Positions 27,039 to 39,884 of a stretch of DNA of 64,000 nucleotides are shown piece by piece. The position numbers were made by a program, and so were the translations under genes. The stretch comes from Rhynchobatus australiae. Lineage: Eukaryota. The notes beneath the pieces were generated by a model. The model saw only the letters and a list, made by a program, of their open reading frames with translations, had not been told where the DNA came from and ran no database searches. The first letter of the stretch is position 1, and each line of letters begins with the position of its first letter. The stretch covers positions 20,733,509-20,797,508 of the forward strand of contig JAUZTB010000069.1 of assembly GCA_034780895.1 (NCBI GenBank), in the 5' to 3' direction.

Positions 27039-28491
27039 ATTATCAGCTTGCAACAAAATCAACATATTTGTTTTGATGAGATTGGTGAATCTTGTTTTAT
27101 TAATCTTTGTTCTAAGTTCTATTTGTTGCTTCTGATTCCAAGGTAAAGATATATTTTATTCCAAATCAAAATTGATGGGGCAAATTATGTTGTAGCAGAG
27201 GCTGGTGTCTACTGCTTGTCCCAGAATTTTTCAACTCGTTACACTTGCTAATTAAGTGACGGAAAACACAATATAATAGCACAGGAGGGAAAAAGGGTAT
27301 CTGGGACTTGAGTGAACCGGACAAGTATCTTATTCACTAATAAGACCGAAAAATTGGGAAAGAAGAGCTGTGAATGAAGATAAATTAAAAGAAATTTTTT
27401 CAGTGAACTGAATGTTTCAGTAAAATGAAGAAAACTGAAGGGAGGGAAAGAAAATTTGGATTAAGTGTGTGAGGGTGAGAAGGGAAAAGTAAGAAAAAAT
27501 TACATGTTTACAAAACAATTTCCAACCTGATGGAATTAACCTCACATGCGTAAATGGTATCTTTTAGCAACAAAGGAATTCATTAGCAGTGATAAATGTC
27601 AATCACACAGTTAAATGGAAATTTGCACCTGTAACCGATGGCCTTGAGTAGTTTGAGTTCATACCTACCAGCTAAATACAATAACTATTAAACTAGATGC
27701 TTTTCAATGAGATGGTGAGATGCCACTGGTGGATAACTCAGAGAGCTTTGATAGCTATATTAATTGTATACCTGCACTTCCCTTAAAGTTGCTAAAGAAC
27801 TTACATACAATTCTTATCAAGCATTAGTCCCATTGCAATAATCTTGCCATCAAAATATTGTCCACTATTTTGATTAAAATTGTACCTGGCAACATTTCTT
27901 CTCACTCCAACTGAAAAAGCAGCCTATAAATTAGTCACTTCCATACACTTTCTACTTCCACCTCTGGAAAACATGACTGCTGAATGTCAGTTGAGTAATA
28001 ANNNNNNNNNNNNNNNNNNNNNNNNNNNNNNNNNNNNNNNNNNNNNNNNNNNNNNNNNNNNNNNNNNNNNNNNNNNNNNNNNNNNNNNNNNNNNNNNNNN
28101 NNNNNNNNNNNNNNNNNNNNNNNNNNNNNNNNNNNNNNNNNNNNNNNNNNNNNNNNNNNNNNNNNNNNNNNNNNNNNNNNNNNNNNNNNNNNNNNNNNNN
28201 NNNNNNNNNNNNNNNNNNNNNNNNNNNNNNNNNNNNNNNNNNNNNNNNNNNNNNNNNNNNNNNNNNNNNNNNNNNNNNNNNNNNNNNNNNNNNNNNNNNN
28301 NNNNNNNNNNNNNNNNNNNNNNNNNNNNNNNNNNNNNNNNNNNNNNNNNNNNNNNNNNNNNNNNNNNNNNNNNNNNNNNNNNNNNNNNNNNNNNNNNNNN
28401 NNNNNNNNNNNNNNNNNNNNNNNNNNNNNNNNNNNNNNNNNNNNNNNNNNNNNNNNNNNNNNNNNNNNNNNNNNNNGCATCTTTGATGTAA

Positions 28492-29240
28492 GTTATCAGA
28501 CCAGAAGATATCGGAGCAGAATTAAGCCATTCAGCCCATCGAGTTGCTCCGCCATTCAATCACAGCTGATTTTTTTAAACCCCATTCTCTCGCCTTCTCC
28601 CCATAATCCTTAACCCCCTTACCAATCAAGAACCTATCAATCTCTGCTTGAATACACCTAATGACTTGGTTTCTGCAGCCCTCTGTGGCAACGAATTCCA
28701 CAGATTCATTATCCACTGGCTTAAGAAATTCCTCCCCATCTCAGTTTTAGAGGGACATCTCTTTATTCTGAGGCTGTGCCCTCGGATCCTGGACTCTCCT
28801 ACTAATGGAATCATCCTCTCCACATCCACTCCATCCGGGTCCTTCAGTATCTGGTAGGTTTCAATGAGATCCCCCCCTCATCCTTCTAAACTCCATCGAG
28901 TACAGGCCCAGAGACATCAAACACTCCTCATACTTTAAGCCTTTCATTCCCGGGATCATTCTTGTAAACCTCCTCTGGACTTTCTCCAGGGCCAGCACAT
29001 ACTTCCAAAGATACAGGGCTGAAAATTGTTCACAATATTCCAAATTGTGACTGACCAACATCTTATCAAGCTTCAGCAGTACATCCTTGCTTTCATATTC
29101 TAGTCCGCTCAAAATGAATGCTAATTTTGCATTTGCCTTCTTTATTATCGACTCAACCTGCAAGTTAACCTTGAGGGAATCTTGAACTAGGACTCCTAAG
29201 TCCCTTTGCACTTCCGATTTCTAAATTTCCTCCCTGCTTA
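28492..29240 (-). mobile_element. CR1-type LINE 3' fragment
   Basis: ORFs 28861-29211 (RDLGVLVQDSLK...LEKVQRRFTRMIPG) and 28626-28829 (RIRGHSLRIK...NLWNSLPQ). Confidence 0.95.
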
Positions 29241-29261
29241 GAACATAGTCTACACCTTTAG

Positions 29262-29990
29262 GTATGGTGGAATAGTGGTTAAGGTACTGGACCAGATTAT
29301 GATCTGGTGACATAAATTCAAATACTGCCACGACAACTGAGAAATTTAAGTGCAACTTGTACACTCTATTCTAGATTTATTTAACAAGATGATAAGAGAC
29401 AGAGATCGAGTGGACAGTCAGACTTTTTCCCAGGGTGACAATGGCTAACACGAGGGGACATAATTTTAAGGTGATTGGAAGAAGATATGGGGGGATATCA
29501 GGGGCAAGTTTTTTTACACAGAGAGTGGTGGGTGCGTGGAACGCACTGCCTGAAGGGGTTGTGGGGGCAGATACATTAGGGATGTTTAAGAGACTCATAG
29601 ATAGACATATGAATGATAGAGAAATAGGGAGCTATGTGGGAGGGAAGGGTTAGATAGAACTTAGAGCAGGTTAAAATGTCGGCACAACATTGTGGGCCGA
29701 AGGGCCTGTACTGTGCTGTAGTGCTCTATGTTAAAACAGTGTCAGTAACATTGAACATGATGGAACTACCAGACTTTTGAGAAAAGACAATGCGTTTCAC
29801 TAATGTCCAATGCGTTTAACTAATGTTCACTAATGAGAGATCTGCCACAAGTTACCCATTCTGTACTGTGACTCCAGACCTATCACAGTCTCTTAGCTAG
29901 CCTCTGAAGTGGCTTGGGGAAGGCAGATGGGGCAGTTACAGGTGAGTTCTGCCCTTAAAAGTAACATTCACCTCCCATGAATGAATGAAG
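29262..29990 (+). mobile_element. Old tRNA-derived SINE interrupted by a CR1 insertion
   Basis: Head gtatggtggaatagtggttaaggtactggacc...aattcaaat at 29262-29355; body ttcactaatgtcc...gtgactccagacc...cctctgaagtggc at 29740-29990. The same head occurs at about 12260-12335. Confidence 0.55.
29375..29732 (+). mobile_element. CR1-type LINE 3' end, relatively young
   Basis: ANTRGHNFKVIG...FFTQRVVGAWNALP; tail tgggccgaagggcctgtactgtgctgtagtgctctatgtt. Confidence 0.95.
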
Positions 29991-32900
29991 CAAAATGTTA
30001 ACACATTTTAAAAATATACTCTAATTTCACATAAGCCCCAAAAATTGGTAGGTTTCAACAGAGTAGGTGAAAAGAGAGAGAGAGAGATTCAGAAGACAGA
30101 GGAATCCCAGAGTTTAAGAGTAAAGTCACCAAATTGTAATTTGGGGACATTCAGATTGTCAGAAGTGGAGAGATACAAAATCACCTGAGGGATGCAGAGC
30201 TGAGTCTGCAAGTCAGGAGAAGCAAGGTCATGGAGGTAACCAAACATGAGAATGGAAGTTTTGCATCAAAGCATTGATGGACTAGGAGCCTACGTTGGTG
30301 ACTATTCTAATGCATTTCTAGTCATCCTGTCACTTAACACCCTTCAGGTCATCCTTAGCAAGCACATGAGTATTGGATGAACAGAACACAGTGCAAGTTA
30401 GGACAAGTACAGCAGAATCTTAGATGACCTGAAGGGTGTTTGGTGAAAGGTCGGCTGGAAAAGGACTGGATTAATCTTGTATGGAGAAATTCAGCAGTAT
30501 ATGTACTGGATTGGGTCGAGACTGGCAATTTAACTGAGATGGAAGCGGGTACTCTTTGTGAAGAGAGGATATGATCAGCAAGTGCATTGCTTAGATGTAC
30601 AATGTTCCAACATTGGATCTGGTAGTCAAGGTTAGTAACTGTGATGATACCATATGTGACGTTACCTTTTGGAACTACATTTCTTGGAAAGAAAGCAATA
30701 AATCCTGTTTTCATGAGAAACCTACCATTATTATAGCAGTTGGCGGTGAGGTTACATGAAGGCAGCCAAAAACTGCAGTTACATTTGGATTGCCAATGTG
30801 GAGNNNNNNNNNNNNNNNNNNNNNNNNNNNNNNNNNNNNNNNNNNNNNNNNNNNNNNNNNNNNNNNNNNNNNNNNNNNNNNNNNNNNNNNNNNNNNNNNN
30901 NNNCAATGTGGAGAGCCAGGGATATGAGTTTGTTTGTCTGTCTTTAAAAGGGCTTGTTTTACAAGCTTTCCTGCTTTGTTCATTGGAGCTTTGCCCGATC
31001 CCCAGGGAATGAGAGGGAATGAAAGAAATAGAAACAACCAGGAGAGTTGTGTGTCTCAGGAAAGGAGATCTCTTGTCAACTGGTCAGAAACAAAAATGAT
31101 TGGAGGGCATGGGAAGGCAGGAACAAGTAATGCTGGTCTCTCAACTGACATAAAAACCATTGCATTTAAGTCTAAAAGAAAAAGGACAGGGAAGCAGAAT
31201 ATGAAATTATAAATGTGAGCAATTATAAAATACTTAGCTAATTGTTCATTGTTAAGAATCGCATCTTTCTTAAAGAGGCTTGCTCTTGCCAAAAGCTGAA
31301 AGAATGCATCTGGCTAAATGTATGCGGTAAGGCATTATAAGATAAGTCAAAACTAAAGAAAACAATTCAAGACTTCCTAATGTTGCAAGCAACATATCTG
31401 TTTCAGCGCAAATCTACCATATTGACCAATGTTGGTTCAAAAGGCAGGCTTGTCGTGAAATTGGTCAATCCAAGCACTTAGCAAAATGGCAACATTCAAA
31501 ACTAAAGGTTTATATAGATTATAGAGGGGAATCTTTCTCAAGTCAAAGTGATGATATTTACTCATTCTGGCATCTATGATTTGGGGAGACGTTTGTTAGC
31601 CTTGCTTTACAGAATAACATATTCTGTTCGAGCAGTAGAAGGGGAATAAGGGAATTGAGTTCAAAACGGAGGCACTTTGCATCATTTTATTTCCATGCAA
31701 GCAATAAACAAAACATGCAAAACTGACAGGCAGGAAAACAAAACAGCTGGTCCATCAAGTCCCATCAAATCTGGCCCACACTCACAATGGCTGGAACATC
31801 CTGACTAGACACTCTTCATTTGCTTTCTGCCACCCTTCCCTGCAGGAATGTAACCTTCTAAGGCAATAAAAGGAGGAAAAGGAACTCTGGAAAATTCTTC
31901 CCCAATCTCATCAGACAATCAAAACCAGTGGCGGTATGGTTGAGAGCAATTCTTGCATTCTTTGTATTCAATTAACAACCTGGACATTGCACAAAACAAA
32001 ATTAATCCGAAAATGTTGCACAAATTATTTTACCATTAAGAAAGTTAACAGTTTGCACTTTGGATCACTAACCACTGAAACCAACCAGAAGGAGGGCAGC
32101 TGAGCGATTATTTTCCACATTTAACAACATTGTTATGCATTGTGCCAAAGTGATAAAGAAGTGTTCTGCTCCAGGGATAGTCTATTGCAGGTTATTCAAG
32201 TCTTCGGAACAATGTCTATGAACCTGTCCATTTGCTAACTATTGGAGCCAGTGCCAGAACTGGACGCTTGCTAAAGGGAAATGGAGAATCAATGGGGAAT
32301 AAAATTACAAACAGATTTTGCTTTTTGGTGCAGAACAGCAAGAACATATTTACAGAGAGCAGTGAAACCTGTCACGTGGCCCAAACAGACCATGTTGGTG
32401 ATCATGCTCCATGTGTCAGTGGACTGACTGACTGCTCCAGTGTACAGCCTTATATTGGTCAAGCTGAAATGTTGCAGAATTCAATCACCAGCAACAAGCC
32501 GCAGGAACTAAGTTTCCATGATCAAGATTCCACAAACGCTTTAGCAATTTCAGCTTTGTATCACTCACTTTTATGGAGTTTGAGGATCCTGCTTTTTTGG
32601 TGAGTACTTTATTGAAGCTATTATTTCATTCAAGCAAAGCAAAAATGCAAAGAATATTTGCACTACGCACCCTGCTGTCTCAACACACAAACATTTTATA
32701 TGCTCCATCTTTTCTTTCCACAAGTCAGAACTGAAGTGAACAAATATTAATATTTACAATGTTCTTTGTTTTCTCCTTTCAAATTATCTAGATANNNNNN
32801 NNNNNNNNNNNNNNNNNNNNNNNNNNNNNNNNNNNNNNNNNNNNNNNNNNNNNNNNNNNAGTTATAATGGAGAGAAAGGTGAAGACTTGTCTTAATCAAT

Positions 32901-33284
32901 CTTTGTTCCCATCATTGTACAAATTCCACTTCTGACTGAGAAAGAGCTCGCAGTCAACTAAGAAAGTATATTTTCAGACCTTATCCTGGAAGGAGCGGAT
33001 GCACTGGCAGTCTTCAGACAAGTTACATTACTGAAATATTCAGTACCATAACATTCCCAAAAGCTTCAGGTGTATTGCTTTTGCATTCTGTTGCGGGAAT
33101 GCTTTGTAAATCTTAAGGAACTGTGGGACCATAATCAGTTGGCAAATCCAAGAGAATATAAAAGGCCATCAAATTAGCAGTCCATAAAACATGGACATAG
33201 GTTCAACCTGTTAATGGGAGATATCTGGATATGCCCGAACTCTGCCAATGGGACTATTAAGTGAACACATGAAACCTGTTATGA

Positions 33285-33470
33285 ATAGAGAAAATGCTGG
33301 AAACCCTCAGCAGGACAGGCAGCATTTGTGGAAAGCAAAGCAGAGTTAATGTTCCAGGTCGAAGACCCTTCATTGGAACCGGGAATGAGAGAATACAAGT
33401 TAGTGTTAAATTGCAGAGAGCACAGGGGACAAAAGGATAGAACAAAGAGAATCGATCTGACAGATATGTT
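33285..33470 (-). mobile_element. Penelope-like terminal repeat remnant
   Basis: Minus strand ggttccaatgaagggtcttcgacctggaacattaactctg...aaatgctgcctgtcctgctgagggtttccagcatttt. Confidence 0.75.
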
Positions 33471-33604
33471 GAGCTGAGGGACAGGATGTGAAATATATGT
33501 GCCCCTCAGCTTTAAACTAGCAGTGACTGAAAGGGGTTTCTGACGCTGATTAAAATGCCAAAAGCAGATAAGTTCCTTACTTATTTAGCTTTATTTTAAG
33601 ACTT

Positions 33605-33930
33605 TAAAACTTTATTTTATTTATACAGCACAGTAACAGGCCCTTCCAGCCCAATGAGTCCATGCTGCCCAATTACACCCATATTAACCCACTAATCCGT
33701 ATGTCTTTGGAACGTGGGAGGAAACCGGAGCACCCGGAGGAAACCCACGCANNNNNNNNNNNNNNNNNNNNNNNNNNNNNNNNNNNNNNNNNNNNNNNNN
33801 NNNNNNNNNNNNNNNNNNNNNNNNNNNNNNNNNNNNNNNNNNNNNNNNNNNACGTCTTTGGAACGTGGGAGGAAACCGGAGCACCCGGAGGAAACCCACG
33901 CAGTCACGGGGAGAATGTACAAACTCCTTA
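33605..33930 (-). mobile_element. Young V-SINE spanning a gap with duplicated flanks
   Basis: ggaggaaaccggagcacccggaggaaacccacgca occurs on both sides of the 100-N gap; tail is shared with 20255-20327 and 60028-60258. Confidence 0.9.
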
Positions 33931-35789
33931 CTTTGTCTTCTAGTGCTGGAGAGTAATAACTAAATTTAAAGCTGCAACAAAAAGGACTTAATAAAGCAGG
34001 GAAGCAGACTATGAAATTATAAATGTAAGCAAATTAAAAAAAGTTAGTTAACACATTTTCTTTAAAGAACCACAATCTTTCGAAGGAGCTTTGCTGTTGC
34101 AAAAAGCTAAAAAGAATGCATCTGACTAAAAGTACATATCCAATTAAAAATATATATTTAGCTCTGAATTGTTTTTAAATATCTCTCATTATCAGGACCA
34201 TTTTAAAACTGCTCAAAAAGGACTTTGTTGGTGGTCAAAGTTCAAATATCAGAAGTCCATCAGGGCTTTCTGGGGATGGGGCCTCAAGATTTGCCGCCAG
34301 ACACCCAGGCACTGCTCGTGGTCCACTCCTACTCAGAGGACTGTCCTCAGGAACGAAGGGCCAGCTTGTCTGGCTTTCGATATCTTGAATGGGTCAGTGT
34401 GGATGTTCATCATGGGCCATGATTGCAGGCAACCAGGAAGATCCAGCCCAAAAGATTTTCAAAGATTTGGTGCCATTGCTGGACTTTCTCAACTTCTGGG
34501 AATACATCCTCCATGTACGCTCGTTTCCAGGCATCTTCAGAGGCTCAAGATGTTTAGCAGAACAGGAAGAGTCAGTGAACTTAGGAAATCTGCAGCTGCA
34601 GAAGTGGTCCTGCTGCTGTGTTTCAGTAGTATCATTGCATCCTTGTAAACAGTCCAAGTAACCCTGTCGGTATTTCCGACATCTCCCACTCTCCTGCCCA
34701 CAAAGCCTGAACAGATTGGAATTTACAAATGATTCCTTATTATGGGCTTTAGATCACACTATTTTGGCAATTGGAACATTACGGTATGATGCACAGAAGG
34801 CAAATATAGGCTTAATGTTGTTATTTATTGTCAGGCAGTCTAGCTACTAATACGTCTTGAAATATTCCTCTTAATTCTTGACAGTGTATAGTTAACGTTC
34901 CAAATGAAGCCATTAAACACACTTGTTGCATGGGATTTGTGCTGTGTGTTGAGGATTACACATGATGTATTAGACTGCTGTCCTACAGCTGTCTTCAGTG
35001 TTGTGTGGAAACTCTTCCAGGACATATTCAACTCTCTGCTTTGAGCTTCTTCAGCTTCTGACTGCGTGTCAATAAAACTCTTGGGTTCTAACCACCACTT
35101 AAAAAATCTCCCACCAGACATTAACATTCCCGAATGACGAGGGGAGCATTTCATAGATAAATCTGACATCTGGTTTTACTTCTGTGGGTCATCACTCTCG
35201 CATTCAGTAACAAGTTATTTTGCACTGTTCCTCTGGGTATCCTGAGGCCCACTTTTCCGACATTTAACATCAATAATGTTGGTAGTTCTCGACTTCACTA
35301 AAAATATAGCAGTTCTCAGCAGCTTATTTAGATTGGAAGTACCCTTTATAGATAACAATTCCTCTATGTGAATCAGTTTCAATGGCCTAAAGAGGTTGGG
35401 CAGGAAGTTCTCAATTTTTGTTTTTCTTCTTGATGTTTCCTTACTTTTATTCTTCTAGCCATCTCTGTGAAATAGATGTGAAGGCTCTGAAAAGGATGCA
35501 GTAACAGTTTACTGGAATGTCTCCACGGATTAGGGACTGCAATGTTAGACTGGGTTATTCTCCTGAGAAGAAAAAAGGCTGCCATGGAGGTTTGGTTAGC
35601 AAAACAACTCATGCACATTGATCCATTTGGTCTCACTTCTTCTTGGTCTGATGGTAGGCGCACTTCCAGTATGAAGAACCACTGGTACAATCTCCAGAAT
35701 TTCCATGTTGGTACACCATGAACAGGAACCATTGCATGAAAGAGAGACACAATTTCCCAAGTCTTCTCAAACCTCTGAATTCTGCGCAG

Positions 35790-35955
35790 AGAGAAAGTTT
35801 GTGTTTCAGGTCTTTCATCAGAACTTACATGAGTGTTCCGTTGCAAGGTGATTAGTCTGAAGCACATCACTCACTTTCTTTCCAAGCTGCGTGAACCGCT
35901 GAGCAGTTCAGCATTTTGCATTTTTACTTCATACTACCAGAGTCTGCAGTATTTA
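35790..35955. mobile_element. Penelope-like terminal repeat, decayed inverted pair
   Basis: gtttcaggtctttcatcagaac (minus-strand CTGATGA...GAAA) followed by plus-strand ccgctgagcagttcagcattttgcatttttacttca...ctgcagta. Confidence 0.5.
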
Positions 35956-38144
35956 AGTTTACCACATATTGTTTTGTAAGAAAGCAAATTTGTTCCAGGA
36001 AGTACAAGTCCCAAGTATAATCATTCCCTCATGGAATGAATATCAAAGGCACTGATGCAACCATATGGCATGTTTCACACTACTGACCTTGGACATGTTC
36101 AGCACCACCTGTTTGTGCCGCGAAATGCTGTCTTTCAGTGCGTGATGCCAAGAGTGGTATGTGTCACCAGAAGACAATCAAACAGCAATCCTCTGCAACC
36201 TCATGCTTATTAGAATCTGCAGGCAAGTTNNNNNNNNNNAAGTTATGTTAAGTTCTTAAATTGCTTTCTTTCATTTTTTCTGCCAGTTCTCTAGATTTTC
36301 CATTGATCTCAGTTTAAACTGCTCAACCCGATTCCCAATTCAGATTAATGATAAATGATTATCATCTTTTTAAAGTTTTAGATATTTTCAGGGTCATATC
36401 CAGAAAATACCCAGAGTTCTTCATGAAGAACCCTTACTTCATCGACTGGAATCGATCACATGCTATCACTTGCTTCTGAAGCAAAACAAACATGTATATT
36501 ATGCAAGCAAAAATTGGTTTTATCAGAGTAAAACTAATGAATGAATAATATGCAATGTAAAACTGGGCATCACACAACATGCAATTCTCATTTTGTGCAT
36601 AAAATAATAAAGTTACATACATATAACACATAATATAAACAAGAACAGAAGTTTTTTTGCTGGTGGTTCAATGTGTCACAAATCAGTGTTGTTTTCTGGC
36701 TATAAAGTTGACACTAAATCACCGAGTCAAACAACTTGATGTGGAAATATATGGAAACATAATGCAGAAGCAAAAGATTGGCAGAAAGTGACAACTATCA
36801 TAAATAAATTACCAGAACAGCCTATACACAGAAGTCAGCATTCTTAGTGTCAAATATGAGTAGATGTTTTGCAATTGTGAATGCATAATGTCATAAATAC
36901 AATATTTCTAACAATATAACCAAATAACACATGCCTGCAAAGTGCACCATAGACACCTATCTGTTGCTGAGGTGACCTTTTATTGTTTTGAGAAATACTC
37001 TGTGCAATTTTGGGCTTTAACCCTTAACATGGCACTGCTATCAATACTACAAATTAAAAATTCATTATGGGACAATTGGTTCTTTGTCTTCATTTCACTG
37101 TCTTTTCTGTAAAGGAATCTCACATGAATTGCTTTCCATTACTTATCTTCCTCAGTGATCTTGGGCATTCTACAAAAGTGATGCTGTTGTTTTCTAATAA
37201 TAAAGAAATGGCAGACAGATAGACCAAAGATTAACAGTAAATCATAAGTCACTGGCTGAATTTCCAGAATGAATTCTCTTGCCATTTAATTTTCAAGCAG
37301 GCTTTTCACAGTGCTTCTGAGGTTACCGCAGACAAACAGGAGTCTCCAGTGGCAATTCAGTCCCCATCACTTACAGCAGCGAAGAATACCACTTGGACGA
37401 TGAAACCTATGCTGATACTTCAGATAAAATGGTATTGTAACCTTATAGTTACGATTGTAATGTTATACCCCTGTCCTTCATCTGTATACCTGGTTGCCTT
37501 TGATTCTAATACTTATAAATTGCCTTATTTTGTCTCCTTTTTGTGGCATCATCACATGCCTGGGTAATGTTGGTCACCAGTTTTTCATCTGTTTATGTCC
37601 AAGCTCTCATTAGTTACAAGCGTTCAATCTTGGTAATTGTTTCTGACTCACTCTGATGCAGAATAGGGGAAAGATTACCACTTCGAGAGAGCCACTGAAG
37701 AGTGAGATTCCTTACCGAAGTATTTCTATTTCACTTCCTTGACATATTCAACATGCTATAAAGGAGGTGTCCCATCAAAGAGGGAACACAAAATCTCTCA
37801 TTCTGGCAGCCTTCAGATGGATTGATTTACTGCGCCCAGCCCCAAACCAACATATAAATTATACGTTCTTCATATAATTTAAAATTAAGTGTAACTATGG
37901 CACTAAAATCCAATCCTGACATTTGGGCGGAGAGCGTTGCCTCTCCAGTTTTGATCAATTTGCCTTGTTTGCTTTTCAACTCGANNNNNNNNNNNNNNNN
38001 NNNNNNNNNNNNNNNNNNNNNNNNNNNNNNNNNNNATGTGTGGGGAAAGAAACTCTTTCTCTGTCCTGCTGAGTATTTGCTTTCCCAAAGTACCAGCCAG
38101 GAAGGCAGAGGTACTTCTGTCAAAAAAATTAAAAGAAGTAAAAA

Positions 38145-38325
38145 GAGAAAATGCTGGAAACGCTGTATCTGTGGAGGTAGGGCCATAGTAAACACTAAAG
38201 ATGAAGGGTCTCTGAATGGAAATATCAACTGTGTTTCTCTTTCTTTTGATGCTACCTGATCTGTTGAGTGTTTTTAGCATTTTCTGTTTTCATTTCAAAT
38301 TTCCAACATCTGCAATTTTTAGGCT
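38145..38325. mobile_element. Penelope-like terminal repeat, inverted pair
   Basis: Short minus arm aaatgctggaaacgc...atctgtggag, then plus-strand agatgaagggtctctgaatggaaatatcaactgtgtttctc...gatgctacctgatctgttgagt...atttccaacatctgca. Confidence 0.7.
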
Positions 38326-39260
38326 TTTCAAATAAAGGCAGAACCCAGACAAAATTTGTTTGAAATTTTTAAAAAATCCCATTTTTCACACTCCCACTGT
38401 ATCCTTGACGATCAACATGAAAAGCCAAGTATCATTTCTCATCTCTGTTCTTTTTTTTGGGGGGGGGGGGGAGAGGGTGGCTGGGGCACTGGGAACTGGT
38501 CTGAAGTCACCTCTCACCCAAAAGAGGGCAGAAATAAGAAACATCGCTGAGGATTTCCATGCCCGGTCAGCTGCGAAGCAGCAGTGAAGCCATCAGCACG
38601 TGCAAGGGATGGTTTCGTGATCGACCCGAAATGCTGAGTGTGCCATTCAGTCAGTTGCTTTTCCAAGAATGCTGACCAGTGCTAGTTGCAGCCCCAGCTT
38701 ACTGAACGAAAGCAGGCAGCCATCAGCTCAAATGCCCATTGCTTTATATCAGTACAAAGCTCCTTCATTCTTACAACTTGATGTTGTTTTGAATGTTAAA
38801 AAAATATACATCTTATTCTGTGAAATTTAAATATAAACTCAAAGAACAAAATCTAAAACTAATCTAACAAAAATACTGTATGTAAAAGAATTATAAAATT
38901 AACTTGAGGCACTGCAGAGGAAACTTTAAATGTGACCAAAATTAAGTTATTTGGGAAAAGTAAATCAACACAAGAAGGTATAGTAATGTAGGGGAAGCCA
39001 ACGTGTTGGCCGATCCCAATCATTCCCCGTGCATGCTTCTGTGTCGTGTGATGCTGCAGCTAATTTGGTGCTTGATACTCCTTTGAAAAGTAATTTTCCC
39101 AACAGACCTCATAAAAAGCACATTCTGAAAAGGCAGGCCCGTGAAACTATCGTCTGCTGAGCAAAGAATTGCAGCTGATTTGCATGCAACTTGGAAATCT
39201 CTCAGAAAGTAGTTCAGTGAGATGAAAATTTTACATCCAGAGGAGTAGAGAACCGACAGA

Positions 39261-39884
39261 GACACAGGAGACTGCAGATGCTGGAGTCTGGAGCAACAAA
39301 TAATCTGCTGGAAGAACTGAACGAGTTGAGCAGAATCTGTGGGAGGAAAGGGACTGTCAAAGTTTCGGGCCGAAACCCTGCATCAGGACTGAGAGTGGAG
39401 AGGCGAGATGGCCAGTTCTGGTTCCCACTGCAACTCCCCTCTCCCCTAATGGTTCCCATTCTCACCTCCTTTATTGATAAGGATCCAGCACAGGGAGCAC
39501 TTCGTGTTTCTGAATATCTCCCTCCAGCAACCGTCTCCAATCTTCACACTCCACTCTCCCAACCTGCTCCAGCTGTTATTTTGGTTCCTTTTTCTTCTCT
39601 CTCTCTCGGTTTGCCTCCATCTATCATTCACCTGCCACTGTCTCCCAACTCCACCTCATCTCCCCTCCCCTACCTGACACAACCTGCCTGTCATCTAAAA
39701 CCCCTCGTCAGTCCACCAATCACCTCAGACTCCTTCCTCACCACCCCCCTTCTCCTCTTTACACCGGCAATCTCGGCTCTCCACTCAGTCTTTGATGCAG
39801 GGTTTCCACCTGAAATGTCAACTGTTCAATTCCTCCCACCGATGCTGCTCGACCCGCTGAGTTTCTCCAGCAGATTATTTGTTG
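39261..39884. mobile_element. Penelope-like insertion: inverted terminal repeat, pyrimidine-rich body, terminal repeat
   Basis: Arm 39261-39415 (minus) and arm 39764-39884 (plus) are homologous (cagtc.tgatgcagggtttc..cc.gaaa...ccagcagattatttgttg). Confidence 0.85.

Noticed and set aside
29789-29835. Short tandem duplications (20-bp unit here, 13-bp unit near 11680)
   Set aside because: They are ordinary slippage duplications inside decayed repeats.
38605-38640. tcgacccgaaatg string resembling the hammerhead stem II-GAAA
   Set aside because: It lacks the CTGANGA box and the family's flanking sequence.
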